The notes under the pieces were generated by a model that had not been told where the DNA came from, ran no database searches, and saw only the letters and a list, made by a program, of their open reading frames with translations. From IMG/VR virus record IMGVR_UViG_3300010311_001094, positions 29,466 to 93,465 of that record: a stretch of DNA of 64,000 nucleotides. One strand, given 5' to 3'. The stretch comes from a virus. Lineage: Duplodnaviria; Caudoviricetes. Below, piece after piece: positions 8,974 through 18,851 of this stretch (position 1 is the first letter of the stretch; every line of letters starts with the position of its first letter). The position numbers and the translations under genes are program-made.

Positions 8974-11475
8974 GTAGGGTAGGCAAGTGTCGCCTTGCTG
9001 TATTGCTACAGTAGGTTTACACAAGCCCCCCTCCGAACCGGACTTACCCCTCTCAGAGTATCCGGCTCTCCATTTGCGTTCAATCAACTTTGTTTCCCGT
9101 GAATCTTCTTGTGGCATTCCCGACATACCACAAGCGTTTTTCGCTTTTTTGCTATCATAATTTGTTCCCAGAGTGTTTTCCCTTTGAGATTTTTCACTTT
9201 GTTTACGTGATGAATCTCGTAATGCTCGCTGTTCTCACTGCCGCAGAGTTCGCATTTTCTTGCTTTAAGCCTGTCCTCAAATTTTGTACGACTGTGTAGA
9301 TGTTGTATTGTCAATATCGGAATGGTATCCGTTCCGTTCTTGACATTTGCGCAGTCTGCTTGTGTGGGAAGTGCTGCGATTTTCTGTCCCTTTTTGGTTT
9401 CATAGGGTACACCCCAGCTCTTACCGTTGGCATATTTATTCCGAATCTTTTTCAGACTCGTTCTATGCTTTGCGGCAAGTGTTTTCAGGCAACTGTACTC
9501 CATAAGGTAACAGAAGTAATGCAAATCTGAGTAGTTGCTGGCAAGATTATAGTAATTACAAATGCCTCTGATTTCTGCACCGTATGCGGTCACTATTTCA
9601 AGGTCTGTCAAATGCAGCAATCTATCTCTGTGGCATGGTGTAAGTTTCCCGTTTTTAAGGTAGACAATACCGTGAGAAAAAAGGAATTTTTCAATTTTGT
9701 CTTTTATGGGAACTGTGCGTTCTACTTTGTTGCTCAGGGTTCTGACTTTACGTCCTGCCTTAGTCTTTTTTACCTTACTGTCTCTGCGCACTCGAATGTC
9801 ATAGCCTAAAAACCGCGCTTTATTGTTGCTGTGTGTAATGAGCGTTTTTTCTGCGCTCAGTTCCATTTTTAGCTCTTCTGCAACATATTCTGTCAATTCT
9901 TGTTTGATTCGTTCGCAGTCCTCTCGGCTGCCGACTACACCAATGATAAAATCATCTGCATAGCGGACGTATGATAGGCGTTTATCTGTCTGTGAAACAC
10001 AAGGCGCGTTTCTCTGGCGTTTACGGACTTCTTTCAGTTCCCTTATCAACCCTGCCTTTTCTTCTCCCTCTGCACGGCTGATTTTGGTTTTAATTGCGCG
10101 TAATTCATGCTGTAATTTAGAGTATTCCGGAGTGTATGCGCGTTCTCGCGGCTTATAACAGTTCTGGCGTATTACCATTACTTTCTGGTCCAATTCATGC
10201 AGGTAAATATTAGCAAGAATCGGGGAAATGATACCGCCTTGCGGCGTTCCGCTGAATGTTTTGTTGTATCTCCAGTCCTCTAAATATCCGGCTTTCAGGA
10301 TTTTCCAAAGGAGTTGGATAAATCGTGCGTCTTTGATTTTGCGGTTCACAATGGAGACAAGTGTTTCATGGTCAATGTTGTCAAAACAGCCTTTAATGTC
10401 ACCCTCAACAAACCATCTTACTCCTGTAAACTCGTGTTTGATTTGTTCCAGTGCTGTATGACAGCTCCTGTTAGGTCTGAACCCATGTGAAACATCTAAG
10501 AAAATCGGCTCATATACCGCTTCCAAAATCATTCTCATGACTTCCTGCACCAATTTATCCGTAAAAGTAGGAATACTAATCGGGCGCATTTTCCCATTGG
10601 ATTTTTCAATATAGGTTCTTCGTGTGGGTTTTGGCTGATACGTACCATTCCGCAAACTTTCGGTTATGGAATGAATATATTCCACGCTGAACCCGTCTGC
10701 TGTATCATCGTCTATTCCTTTGGTCGCTGCGCCGCTGTTTGCGTACAGATTCTTATATGCGATAAAATAAATATCCTCTCGCAACAAATATCTGTACAAG
10801 CGTGTAAATACTTCGTCGGGATGTTTTAGGGAATTTTCGTTGATTCTCGCCAAAATCTCTATTGTTGAATTCATATGAGGCTTTCCTCTCTAATCAAGTT
10901 TTGATTTTGGTACACACAAACTGTCTCCCTTCGCCATGTAGACGGCGTTACCGTCCTCGGACTACTATGGAGACTCCGTTACCCTGTCGGATATTCAGTG
11001 TCATCTTTCTTGCGTTTCACGGCTTGAAATTTATCACCTTTCGGTATTACACATAGACTTTTCAGTCATTCCGATTTAGGTAATCCTCAGTTAGCGTTGT
11101 TAATAGGTGTTGTGGATTGTCGGATATGCTTTCGTTTCGTTTGCACAAGTTCTCTTGCACGTGGCTTGAAGTATCTGACAACACAATAATCGGTAACTTA
11201 CATTATTGTTCTTCAAGCGAGAAGTTTCAGGCACTTTCTTCTCTCCACCCGGGAACGGACACTGGAAACTCACATTCACCAAACCCAGATTTATCCTCAT
11301 ATCCACTTGCCATTGCGGTTCAGTCGTGCCCGAATGCCTTTAGGCAACTTACCGCTTTCCTGCCGTGCTATGTTCCCGTATCAGCTTTCGCCTTTCGGTT
11401 AGGCAGGTTGGCTGCTGCGTTATCTTACAGCGTAGTACCTTAAGCTACTTTTAACAACGCCCTATCTGAGCGCAC
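8974..11475 (-). mobile_element. Group II intron (IIA, Ll.LtrB-like), 2502 nt
   Basis: 5' GTGCG at 11475; domain V GAGCCGGATACTCTGAGAGGGGTAAGTCCGGTTC; 3' end CTACCCTAC at 8974; removal restores NSPGGN|VFAAAE in frame. Confidence 0.95.
9084..10874 (-). CDS. ltrA: Intron-encoded reverse transcriptase/maturase with HNH endonuclease domain
   Basis: GDIKGCFD, GTPQGG, YVRYADD, domain X, C-terminal CELCG...HH...CRECH. Confidence 0.93.
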   Translation of the reverse strand: MNSTIEILARINENSLKHPDEVFTRLYRYLLREDIYFIAYKNLYANSGAATKGIDDDTADGFSVEYIHSITESLRNGTYQPKPTRRTYIEKSNGKMRPISIPTFTDKLVQEVMRMILEAVYEPIFLDVSHGFRPNRSCHTALEQIKHEFTGVRWFVEGDIKGCFDNIDHETLVSIVNRKIKDARFIQLLWKILKAGYLEDWRYNKTFSGTPQGGIISPILANIYLHELDQKVMVIRQNCYKPRERAYTPEYSKLQHELRAIKTKISRAEGEEKAGLIRELKEVRKRQRNAPCVSQTDKRLSYVRYADDFIIGVVGSREDCERIKQELTEYVAEELKMELSAEKTLITHSNNKARFLGYDIRVRRDSKVKKTKAGRKVRTLSNKVERTVPIKDKIEKFLFSHGIVYLKNGKLTPCHRDRLLHLTDLEIVTAYGAEIRGICNYYNLASNYSDLHYFCYLMEYSCLKTLAAKHRTSLKKIRNKYANGKSWGVPYETKKGQKIAALPTQADCANVKNGTDTIPILTIQHLHSRTKFEDRLKARKCELCGSENSEHYEIHHVNKVKNLKGKTLWEQIMIAKKRKTLVVCRECHKKIHGKQS

Positions 11476-11652
11476 ATTGCCGCCTGGACTATTCAGCCAA
11501 AGTGTAATGTCACCCTCCTCGGCATACAGTTCATCGCGGAAAGATTGCGGCGTAATTTCATCACCCCAGAAGCTCTCCGAGTCGATAGGACCTTCAAGCC
11601 GGAGGACTCTGCCGCCGCTGTCATCGTGAATCCAGTTCCAGAACTTTTCCAT
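11476..11652 (-). CDS. ClpP-type prohead protease, exon 1 (59 codons)
   Basis: MEKFWNW...LEGPID...ITPQSFRDEL...WLNSPGGN followed by intron GTGCG. Confidence 0.9.
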
Positions 11653-13041
11653 TTACATACCCCCATTTCTGTACTTCTTCCTGCGTTTTTGCCGCAGGAA
11701 ACGGTCATCGGTTTCTTCGTCCGGGCTCTCATCCGGCTCATCCTGTTCCTCGGTATCCGGTGGTTCATCCTCCTGCGGAGCATTCAGGTTATACGCCGCA
11801 CCTGCATCCTGCAATTTATTGTAGCTGCCATTGAGGTAATAATCCTCACCGCCCTGATCTTCAGGAATGAGATCCATATTTTCCAGACGGCGCACATCGT
11901 TGGGCGACATAAATCCGTTGCCCACGCCGATAGCGTAGGCGTTCATACGGCTCTGGTAGTCGCCGCGCATGAGACCATCCACATTGAATTTCGGGAAGTA
12001 GATGTCTTTTTCATCTTCCAGTAATAGGTCTTTGATGATGCCTTTCTCGATGCGAATGATCCAGGGCATGAGAGAATACTGTACAAATGCGATGCCCTGA
12101 TGCTCGATGTTATTGAAGGTGCTGCGTTTCAGATCCTGTACCAGATGCGGCGGCACCTGAAACATACGGCAGATTTCCTCCACATCGAATTCTCTTGTGG
12201 ACAGAAACTGCGAATCCTCCGGCGGCAGGGAGATTGGCTTATACTGCATACCTTCTTCGAGGACTGCGATGCGGTGTGCATTTCGGGAACCGCCGTACAC
12301 TCTCGTCCAGTTCTCACGGATCTTTTCGGGATTCTTCAGCACACCCGGATGCTCCAGAACACCGGCAGGCTGCGCTCCGTTTTTGAAGAATGCACTGCCG
12401 TAACGCTCCACAGCCATAGCTGCGCCGAGTGCGTTTTTCATCATGGCTATGGGAGAAAATCCCACCAGACCATTGAATCCCAGACCGGGAATGTGCAGTA
12501 TCTCATCCCTCTGAAAGATGATATCCTTGTCATGCTCACCGGGCTTTTCATCAGTGTATGCATGATAGGTGTAAATGAGGTCACCGCTTTTCGGGTCGCG
12601 GTCGATCTCGACGTTCTCAGGAAGAAGCGGATACAGACCAACGATGCCGTTTTTGCCGTCCCGGACAATCTGTGCATAGGCGTTGCCCCATAGTAAAAGG
12701 TGGCACATCAGTGCCTCCCAGAACGAAAATGAACTCATTTCGGGATTCGGCTGACGGTACAAAATCTTATACAGCGGATGATCGGTTGCGCGTTCTTTAT
12801 CCTCGCCGTCACCTGTATATCTGTACAGATGCAGCGGAAGTCCTGCGATCGTATTTGAAAGCAGTCTCACGCAGGCATAAACGGTAACAATCTGCATTGC
12901 AGTGCGTTCATCCACACGTTCACCGCTGTGCGTCATGCCGAATACGAACAGATTTCCAGAATCACGGACATTGTCCTGAATATCAGGCAGCATCGGCGCA
13001 TCTCTCGGCTTGCTGATGCCAAGCCAGCTCAAAAAGCCCAT
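11653..13041 (-). CDS. Portal protein, HK97 family
   Basis: VYACVRLLS, LLLWGNAY, GFSPI, ICRMFQVPP, NDVRRLENM. Confidence 0.95.
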   Translation of the reverse strand: MGFLSWLGISKPRDAPMLPDIQDNVRDSGNLFVFGMTHSGERVDERTAMQIVTVYACVRLLSNTIAGLPLHLYRYTGDGEDKERATDHPLYKILYRQPNPEMSSFSFWEALMCHLLLWGNAYAQIVRDGKNGIVGLYPLLPENVEIDRDPKSGDLIYTYHAYTDEKPGEHDKDIIFQRDEILHIPGLGFNGLVGFSPIAMMKNALGAAMAVERYGSAFFKNGAQPAGVLEHPGVLKNPEKIRENWTRVYGGSRNAHRIAVLEEGMQYKPISLPPEDSQFLSTREFDVEEICRMFQVPPHLVQDLKRSTFNNIEHQGIAFVQYSLMPWIIRIEKGIIKDLLLEDEKDIYFPKFNVDGLMRGDYQSRMNAYAIGVGNGFMSPNDVRRLENMDLIPEDQGGEDYYLNGSYNKLQDAGAAYNLNAPQEDEPPDTEEQDEPDESPDEETDDRFLRQKRRKKYRNGGM

Positions 13042-13056
13042 AAACATTACCTCCTG

Positions 13057-15168
13057 TCAGATGACCACAAGATCGTGGTCGGGTTCATCGTATACACTAC
13101 CTTGCATCTCGTGGCGAATACAGCGGTCAAGTGCCATGATCCATGCCACGATGCCATCGATTTTCTCTGTACTTTTCTTTTTACTCGGTTTGATGTTTTC
13201 CGCAGCATCGATCTCAGCCACCACATTTCCAGCCATCCAGCGGAGTACAGGGTTGCCGCCGTGGATAAACTGCCCTTCGAGTATAAGCTTGTATAGCTCT
13301 TTCATCGGCGGTGACATATCCTTGAAGCCCATGCCCATCGGGACAACCGTGAAACCGTCACCCTCAAGATCGGTGATAAGTTGTGTCGCATTCCAGCGGT
13401 CGGCAGCAATTTCCTTGATGTTGTACATCGTGTGCAGATCGTTGATCGTTTTCCGCACGAAATTATAATCGACCACATTGCCCTCGGTGATATGAAATAA
13501 TCCCATGCGCTCCCATACATCGTAGGGAACATGGTCTCGCCGTACTCGCAAATCGAGCGTTTCTCTCGGCAGCCAGAAGTGCGGGACAACGATGTATTTC
13601 TCGCCGTCATGCAGCGGAGGGAACACCAGCACAAATGCCGTGATATCCGATGTGCTGGATAGGTCAAGACCTGCGTAGCACTCCCGTCCCCGGAGCTTTT
13701 CGAGGTTGATCGGAAGATTGCCCCTGTCGTAGATATGCTCCGGAATCCATGCCACCGCACTGCCTACCCACTGATCCAGACGAAGCTGACGGAATACGTT
13801 TTCTTCCGCTGGGTTTGTCAGTGCCTCGCGGTGAGCGTCACGCACTCGGTCGATGGTAATGGTGTATCCAAGCGAAGGATTCGCCTTGTACCAAGACTCC
13901 TCGGCATTCCAGTCGTCGCCATCATCAAGTCCGTAGATCACCGGATAAAAGGACGGATCAATGCGTCTGCCCTCCAGAATATCTTTTGCTTTGGTGTGAT
14001 ATTCGTAGCAGATGCTGTTGCGGTCGGTACCGGCGGTTGTGATCAGGAAGTACAGCGGCTGCGTTCTTGCATCGCCGGAGCCCTTCGTAAGAACATCCAC
14101 AAGGCTTCGATTCGGCTGGGCATGAAGCTCATCAAGCACCAAACCGGAAACATTCAGACCATGTTTTGTACCGACCTCCGCTGAAAGCACCTGATAAAAG
14201 CCGACATTGCTGTAATCGACCAGACGCTTTGTAGCCGCCATGATCTTGGAGCGTTTCAGAAGTGCCGGTGTCATCTCAACCATTCTTTTGGCGACATCGA
14301 ATACAATGGATGCCTGCCCACGATCAGCAGCAGCGCCGTAGACCTCAGCAGACGGCTCGTTGTCGGCGTAGAGCAGATACAGTGCAATTGCCGCTGCAAG
14401 CTCACTGTTGTGCGTAGGCACAAACGATGTTCCAGCAAGATATTGATGACTCGGACTATCCACCTGAATACACTGCATTTTCACAGGATGATCCATAGGC
14501 TGGATGTCCAGCAGGTAATGATAACGAGGGTTATTGCCGTGAGAAGCCTCCCAATGTTGCAGAATATCTTTGTTTGATGTCTCGGGGCATTTACTTGAAA
14601 CGATTTTGATATCGGTGTTCATCTCGTAAATCTCACGAGTTGAAACGAGTTTGCCGCTACTATCGATTTCGATGTTCCACAGATGTCGTTCCCCGGCAAT
14701 GATCGAGGTGCCGTCCTTGAAGGTCAGCTTGTAGGCTTGCTCTGTATCATCCACAGGACTTTTCGCAACCACATGGCACGGAATGCCGTTTTCATCAAAT
14801 ACAGTATCTCCGACTTCCAAATCTCCCATATTGGTGAATCCATCAGGAGTCGGAATCGGTGTATCCAGAGCGAGCTGTTTGCCATTTTTCTTGGGTATCT
14901 CGACATAGGCGGTACGAAATTGCCGCATATCGTCCTCTTTGACGATGCCAAAAATATCCCGGATGATCTGTTCCTGCCACGGAAGCAGCCAGAACGGTTT
15001 GCCTGCCCAGCGTCCTTTGGTATGACACAGGTTTTCTATAAAACGCACGGCTCTGTCTGCCTTTGCCGCATCGTAATGGGAATCCGGCAGCATAAACCGT
15101 GTGGGCTTATAGTCTTTCAGTTTCGGATAATTCGCAGGTCTTTCCCTTGCTTTTGCTGTTCTTGCCAT
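13057..15168 (-). CDS. terL: Terminase large subunit containing an intein
   Basis: Walker A IPKKNGK|SEL split by an insert; Walker B VLDELH; ITTAG; GLDLS; KIDG. Confidence 0.95.
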   Translation of the reverse strand: MARTAKARERPANYPKLKDYKPTRFMLPDSHYDAAKADRAVRFIENLCHTKGRWAGKPFWLLPWQEQIIRDIFGIVKEDDMRQFRTAYVEIPKKNGKQLALDTPIPTPDGFTNMGDLEVGDTVFDENGIPCHVVAKSPVDDTEQAYKLTFKDGTSIIAGERHLWNIEIDSSGKLVSTREIYEMNTDIKIVSSKCPETSNKDILQHWEASHGNNPRYHYLLDIQPMDHPVKMQCIQVDSPSHQYLAGTSFVPTHNSELAAAIALYLLYADNEPSAEVYGAAADRGQASIVFDVAKRMVEMTPALLKRSKIMAATKRLVDYSNVGFYQVLSAEVGTKHGLNVSGLVLDELHAQPNRSLVDVLTKGSGDARTQPLYFLITTAGTDRNSICYEYHTKAKDILEGRRIDPSFYPVIYGLDDGDDWNAEESWYKANPSLGYTITIDRVRDAHREALTNPAEENVFRQLRLDQWVGSAVAWIPEHIYDRGNLPINLEKLRGRECYAGLDLSSTSDITAFVLVFPPLHDGEKYIVVPHFWLPRETLDLRVRRDHVPYDVWERMGLFHITEGNVVDYNFVRKTINDLHTMYNIKEIAADRWNATQLITDLEGDGFTVVPMGMGFKDMSPPMKELYKLILEGQFIHGGNPVLRWMAGNVVAEIDAAENIKPSKKKSTEKIDGIVAWIMALDRCIRHEMQGSVYDEPDHDLVVI
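14407..14877 (-). mobile_element. Class 3 mini-intein (157 aa, starts with Gln, no homing endonuclease)
   Basis: QLALDTPIPTPDG...AGERHLW...MQCIQVD...VPTHN|S; W-C-T signature present. Confidence 0.92.
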
Positions 15169-15641
15169 CAGTTTCCTCCCAGAAGTGCATCCATATCGTC
15201 AACGGCAGCGTCCTTCATATCCGCACCTGCGGTGATCCTGCTTCTTGCGGCAGGAGTCAGACCGAACTGCTCTGCGATCTTGTTCATGATCTTCAGATAA
15301 GTTTGCGCAATGGATACCTGCGGAACCTGCTGCCAGTAACCTGATTTTGTTTTTACGATCGTGCCGTGCTGGGTCATGAATTCCTCGGCTTCTTTCCATC
15401 GTGCGTATGCCTGACAGTAGGATGCGAATGCCGCCTGGTCGACCTCGGTCAGCACACCGATCTGTTCCAATTGTTTTGATAACCTGCGCCATTCTTTTTT
15501 GGCTTCCGGCTCCAGCCATTTCGGGCAGGGCGGAGCTTTTTTCGCAGGCTTAGGTTCTGCTTCATTCAGCGGTCGTTTTCCGGGATTGCCTTCCAGTTCC
15601 TTGATTGCTGTGGGCTTGGGTTTTCTGCCCCTCTGAGCCAT
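15168..15641 (-). CDS. terS: Terminase small subunit, P27 family
   Basis: RGRKPKPT..KELEGNPGKR; FGLTPAARSRI. Confidence 0.92.
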   Translation of the reverse strand: MAQRGRKPKPTAIKELEGNPGKRPLNEAEPKPAKKAPPCPKWLEPEAKKEWRRLSKQLEQIGVLTEVDQAAFASYCQAYARWKEAEEFMTQHGTIVKTKSGYWQQVPQVSIAQTYLKIMNKIAEQFGLTPAARSRITAGADMKDAAVDDMDALLGGN

Positions 15642-15789
15642 CCGCATCACTCCTTTTCTCAAAAAATCTGCATAAAGAAAAGGCCTGCGTGCTGCAAGCC
15701 TCTCCTATGTATATCCACCTTGAATTTATATGTGTGTCCGTCTTGGTTTGGATGGGCGGCTTAATGCTACCGCCCACCGACCGTTCTAT

Positions 15790-16018
15790 TTACTTGTACT
15801 CGTACATCAGGATCGCAAGGGCAATCTCCGCAGCCTCGTTTTGCTCGGGTACATCCTCGCCTCTGTCGTAGTTGTAGATGACCTTGCCATTCTCCTTGAG
15901 TGTCAGTTTACTGATTCTGCCCTCGTTGATGCCGTACTGGCTGCCCCCGTCGTAGACCTTTGCCCAGTAGTGAACCACCGTCTTGCCTTCCTTGGTCGGT
16001 GCCAGAATCGTGCCACAT
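15790..16018 (-). pseudogene. Small conserved phage protein (YGINEGRISKL...NYDRG family), frameshifted near the start
   Basis: RBS and ATG at 16018 are out of frame with the gene body; ATG TGG CAC G|ATT CTG fits loss of 8 nt between GGCACGA repeats. Confidence 0.7.
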
Positions 16019-16074
16019 AGTGTTTACCTCGTTCTTTCGTAGTTTTCGGCTCGGTTTCCCGTTCCGTTGTACAC

Positions 16075-16103
16075 ACTATAACTCTTTTCGGCAGATATAT
16101 CAA
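16075..16103 (-). promoter_or_regulatory. Repeated promoter module, copy A
   Basis: TTGATA-N17-TATAGT, upstream TGTACAA-N26-TTCTG, leader ACAACGGAA. Confidence 0.75.
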
Positions 16104-16274
16104 GCGGCTAAACTACCAGAATGTGCAAGGCGATTTTTTGTCGGTTGTTGTACATATTATGCCTTGCCGCAGGAGGCACACAAATGCGCCGTGTGGGCGG
16201 CTTTTCGCAGGGGCAAGCTGTACGCATCTCCCCGGCACCGCCCCACACGAGGCAACGTGGTGCGTGTGTCGTCG

Positions 16275-16454
16275 CTATCCGCCGTACTCTTCCAAGTATG
16301 CGTTCACGCAGTCGCCGTAGCCGAGCTGTTCAAGCTCCTTCGGTTCAAAGACATCCAGCGGCGTTTTCATCACTTCTCGCTCCGTCCATGTTCCCGTGGC
16401 CGACAGGTTTGCGATGACTGCGGTCAGCATTTCAAGCTGTGCGTATGTATCCAT
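16275..16454 (-). CDS. Hypothetical acidic protein, 59 aa
   Basis: GAAGGAGG RBS, begins MDTYAQLEML. Confidence 0.7.
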   Translation of the reverse strand: MDTYAQLEMLTAVIANLSATGTWTEREVMKTPLDVFEPKELEQLGYGDCVNAYLEEYGG

Positions 16455-16516
16455 GTTCTTTCCTCCTTCGGGATTGGCAGCCCCTCCCTGCGGAAGGGCT
16501 GCGCTGTTCCGTTTGG

Positions 16517-16882
16517 TTACTTGCTCTTGCATCCTGCCTCGTAGGTATCCTTGAGGGCGGCTTCCAGCCCCCAGACCGAAACCTCGATGAAGTCCTCGCT
16601 GTCGCAGTGGCGGGCTTCAAGGTCTCCGCGCTCCTGCACCGTGATCAGGTGCTTTGCTGCGATCTCGAAGAGCTGTTTGTCGATGCCTGTCAGCGGATGC
16701 TCGGCTCTGAAAATCTCCTGCTCGGTTTTGGCAAGGGCGGCGTTTGTGTTTGCAAGTGCCTGCGCTCTGCTGATCCCGAAAAGCTCAAGGCAGTCCGCTT
16801 CGGTCATTCCCTCAAGGGCGGCTTTGCCGTTCTGCAGCATCTTCAGCTTGGCAACTGCGGCTTTCATTTCCTTCTTTGTCAT
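16517..16882 (-). CDS. DUF6900-like protein
   Basis: C-terminal LEARHCDSEDFIEVSVWGLEAAL..YEAG. Confidence 0.7.
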   Translation of the reverse strand: MTKKEMKAAVAKLKMLQNGKAALEGMTEADCLELFGISRAQALANTNAALAKTEQEIFRAEHPLTGIDKQLFEIAAKHLITVQERGDLEARHCDSEDFIEVSVWGLEAALKDTYEAGCKSK

Positions 16883-16938
16883 GGTGGTTTACCTCCGTGT
16901 TTTGTATTCGGTGGGCGTTTGCCCTTCCGTTGTGTAGC

Positions 16939-16967
16939 ATATTACCATGATCTTTCCGGAATAGCAA
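16939..16967 (-). promoter_or_regulatory. Repeated promoter module, copy B
   Basis: TTGCTA-N17-TAATAT, TATACAA-N26-TTCTG, leader ACAACGGAAGGGCAAACGCCCACCG. Confidence 0.78.
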
Positions 16968-17147
16968 GCGGCTAAATGTTCAGAACAAAATCGGCGTATC
17001 TGCGCCATTTGTTGTATACATAGCACCAAGCCCACAGGAGGCACACAAACGCGCCGTGTGAGGCGGCTTTCCGCAGGGGCAAGCTTATCGCAGGAAAACC
17101 GCACAAAGGACAACGTGGGGCAAGTCAGCCCCGCAGGGCTGAACCTA

Positions 17148-17531
17148 TCAGTCCTCGGTCGGCGGAAGCCATGCTCCTTTTTCCTCATCGAAAAGGTAGT
17201 AATACGGAATGCCCCAGTCATCGCTCATCAGGGAAACAACGCTCTTGTGGGTGACCGCAGGCTGCATCGGCTCTTTGCGGTCGCGGTGGTAAGCAACCGT
17301 CACACCATCGGCAGGCTTTTCGAAGCTGTGCGGCTCATCCGCATCGGGAGCAAGGCGCTCGCCGAGGATGCTGATGTCTCCAAGGGCAAGCAGTGCCTTG
17401 ACCTTCTCGGCGGTGTTATAATGCTCGGTGAGGATGGGCATCTGGTGTTCGGGGTAGCCGTCCCAATGGCAGTAGATTGTCTCCGTGACGCCGTCCTGAT
17501 GCAGAATTCCGACTCTTGAATTCGTACTCAT
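17148..17531 (-). CDS. Conserved phage hypothetical protein (IYCHWDGYP family)
   Basis: GGAGG RBS; MSTNSRVGI...IYCHWDGYP...LGDIS. Confidence 0.75.
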   Translation of the reverse strand: MSTNSRVGILHQDGVTETIYCHWDGYPEHQMPILTEHYNTAEKVKALLALGDISILGERLAPDADEPHSFEKPADGVTVAYHRDRKEPMQPAVTHKSVVSLMSDDWGIPYYYLFDEEKGAWLPPTED

Positions 17532-17599
17532 GTTCGTAAACCTCCATGTTTTTTTTTCTGCGGTAAGCCCTCCCCGCAGGAAGGGCTCCGCTGTTTTGC

Positions 17600-17920
17600 T
17601 TATGCTCTCTTCACATCGACCAGCCACTCTGCTTCCTTGTGGGCGATGCCCGTAGCCTTCTCGGTAATGCTGCTGTCCTCATCGATGTAATGCAGTCCCT
17701 TGCCGACCTTAACGAATCTCACATTCTCGTAGCCCTCGATGATGGTGCGGTAAACGTAACCGCTGCGGCTCTCGCCATCATAGCTCTTGCCGTCCCAACC
17801 GTTGAAGGTAAAGGTGACACGCTCTGCAGTCTTGCAGAAGAGGCTCTCGAAGTCCTCGCGGGTGATCGCCGTGTTGGCATCAATCAGGTTCAGGCTCTTT
17901 CTCAGTGTGTAGGGGTTCAT
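17600..17920 (-). CDS. Hypothetical protein, 106 aa
   Basis: GGAGG RBS directly behind promoter copy C. Confidence 0.75.
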   Translation of the reverse strand: MNPYTLRKSLNLIDANTAITREDFESLFCKTAERVTFTFNGWDGKSYDGESRSGYVYRTIIEGYENVRFVKVGKGLHYIDEDSSITEKATGIAHKEAEWLVDVKRA

Positions 17921-17975
17921 GGTGTTATCCTCCGTTTCGTTTTTCGGTAGGCGTTCTGCCCTTCCGTTGTGTCAC

Positions 17976-18004
17976 ATATTACCATGATCCTGCTGATAAG
18001 TCCA
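17976..18004 (-). promoter_or_regulatory. Repeated promoter module, copy C
   Basis: TGGACT-N17-TAATAT with extended TG, same leader hairpin. Confidence 0.72.
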
Positions 18005-18122
18005 CGCCTATGTGCAAAATAAAACGTAGAAGAATCGCCGATCTCAGCCTTTCGTATTGTAGGATTTACACATGAGGAAAAGGGGGAGGGGGAGCAGAGC
18101 CGAAGCCCTGCTCCTGTCGATA

Positions 18123-18593
18123 TCAGTTCACCTTGAAAAGGATGCCCTGTGCCGTTTCGTATTCTTCCTCGCCCCAGCGCAGGCTCTTCTTGGTGATGGT
18201 GTGCGTTCCGACCATCGTGCAGCCTTCTGCAATAAATCCGTAGATGTTCTCCATCAGCGCCGTGCTCTGATTGGTGATCGTGAACTCGGTGATGCCTAGC
18301 TTGCGGAGCGTTTCGATGAAATCGTGGAATTCCTTGTCCCAGCAGTAATCGCTCATCTCGAACTCGTCACCGTCGTTCTCGCGGCGCATCTTGTACACCC
18401 AGTAGGCTTTCATCTCACCGCCGCTGTAGGGGTAAGGACCCGCCGCCTTCTCCTCAGCGTACCAAGCGTCCATCTCCGGGCTGTCGTAGCCGTGGGCTTC
18501 GGCAATCTGAGCCTTGCGCTCGGCGCGCTCCTTTTTGGCGCGTTCATAGGCGGCGCACTGGAAGGTCATCTCCTCAAAGTAGCTGTCGTTCAT
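18123..18593 (-). CDS. Conserved hypothetical protein (DUF7698-like)
   Basis: GGAGG RBS; LRKLGITEFTITNQSTALM...GCTMVG. Confidence 0.72.
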   Translation of the reverse strand: MNDSYFEEMTFQCAAYERAKKERAERKAQIAEAHGYDSPEMDAWYAEEKAAGPYPYSGGEMKAYWVYKMRRENDGDEFEMSDYCWDKEFHDFIETLRKLGITEFTITNQSTALMENIYGFIAEGCTMVGTHTITKKSLRWGEEEYETAQGILFKVN

Positions 18594-18651
18594 GTTCGTA
18601 TCCTCCATGTTATGAATTCCGGTGGGCTGTCTGCCCCTGCCGTTGTGTAGC

Positions 18652-18680
18652 ATATTACCATGATCCCGGCGATATGTCCA
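18652..18680 (-). promoter_or_regulatory. Repeated promoter module, copy D
   Basis: TGGACA-N17-TAATAT; upstream about 40 nt nearly identical to copy C. Confidence 0.75.
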
Positions 18681-18851
18681 CGCCTATGTGCAAAATAAAT
18701 CGTAGAAGAATCGCCGTTTTCAGCAAGCTGAACAGGTACATATACACAAGCCCACAGTTTGCGCCAGAACGCGCCGTGTCACGCCCGGAAAGTGGGGGAT
18801 AAGTTATCCCTGAGAATGCGGAAAGGGGCTGTAATGCCCCTTTATGTCGCC

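Noticed and set aside
8974-9126. N-terminal 51 aa of ORF 8236-9126 as real protein
   Set aside because: This is intron domain V/VI sequence that happens to be open in frame with exon 2.
9084-10874. Reverse transcriptase as a DGR, retron or Abi RT
   Set aside because: It has maturase and HNH domains and lies inside a canonical group II intron; no TR/VR pair seen.
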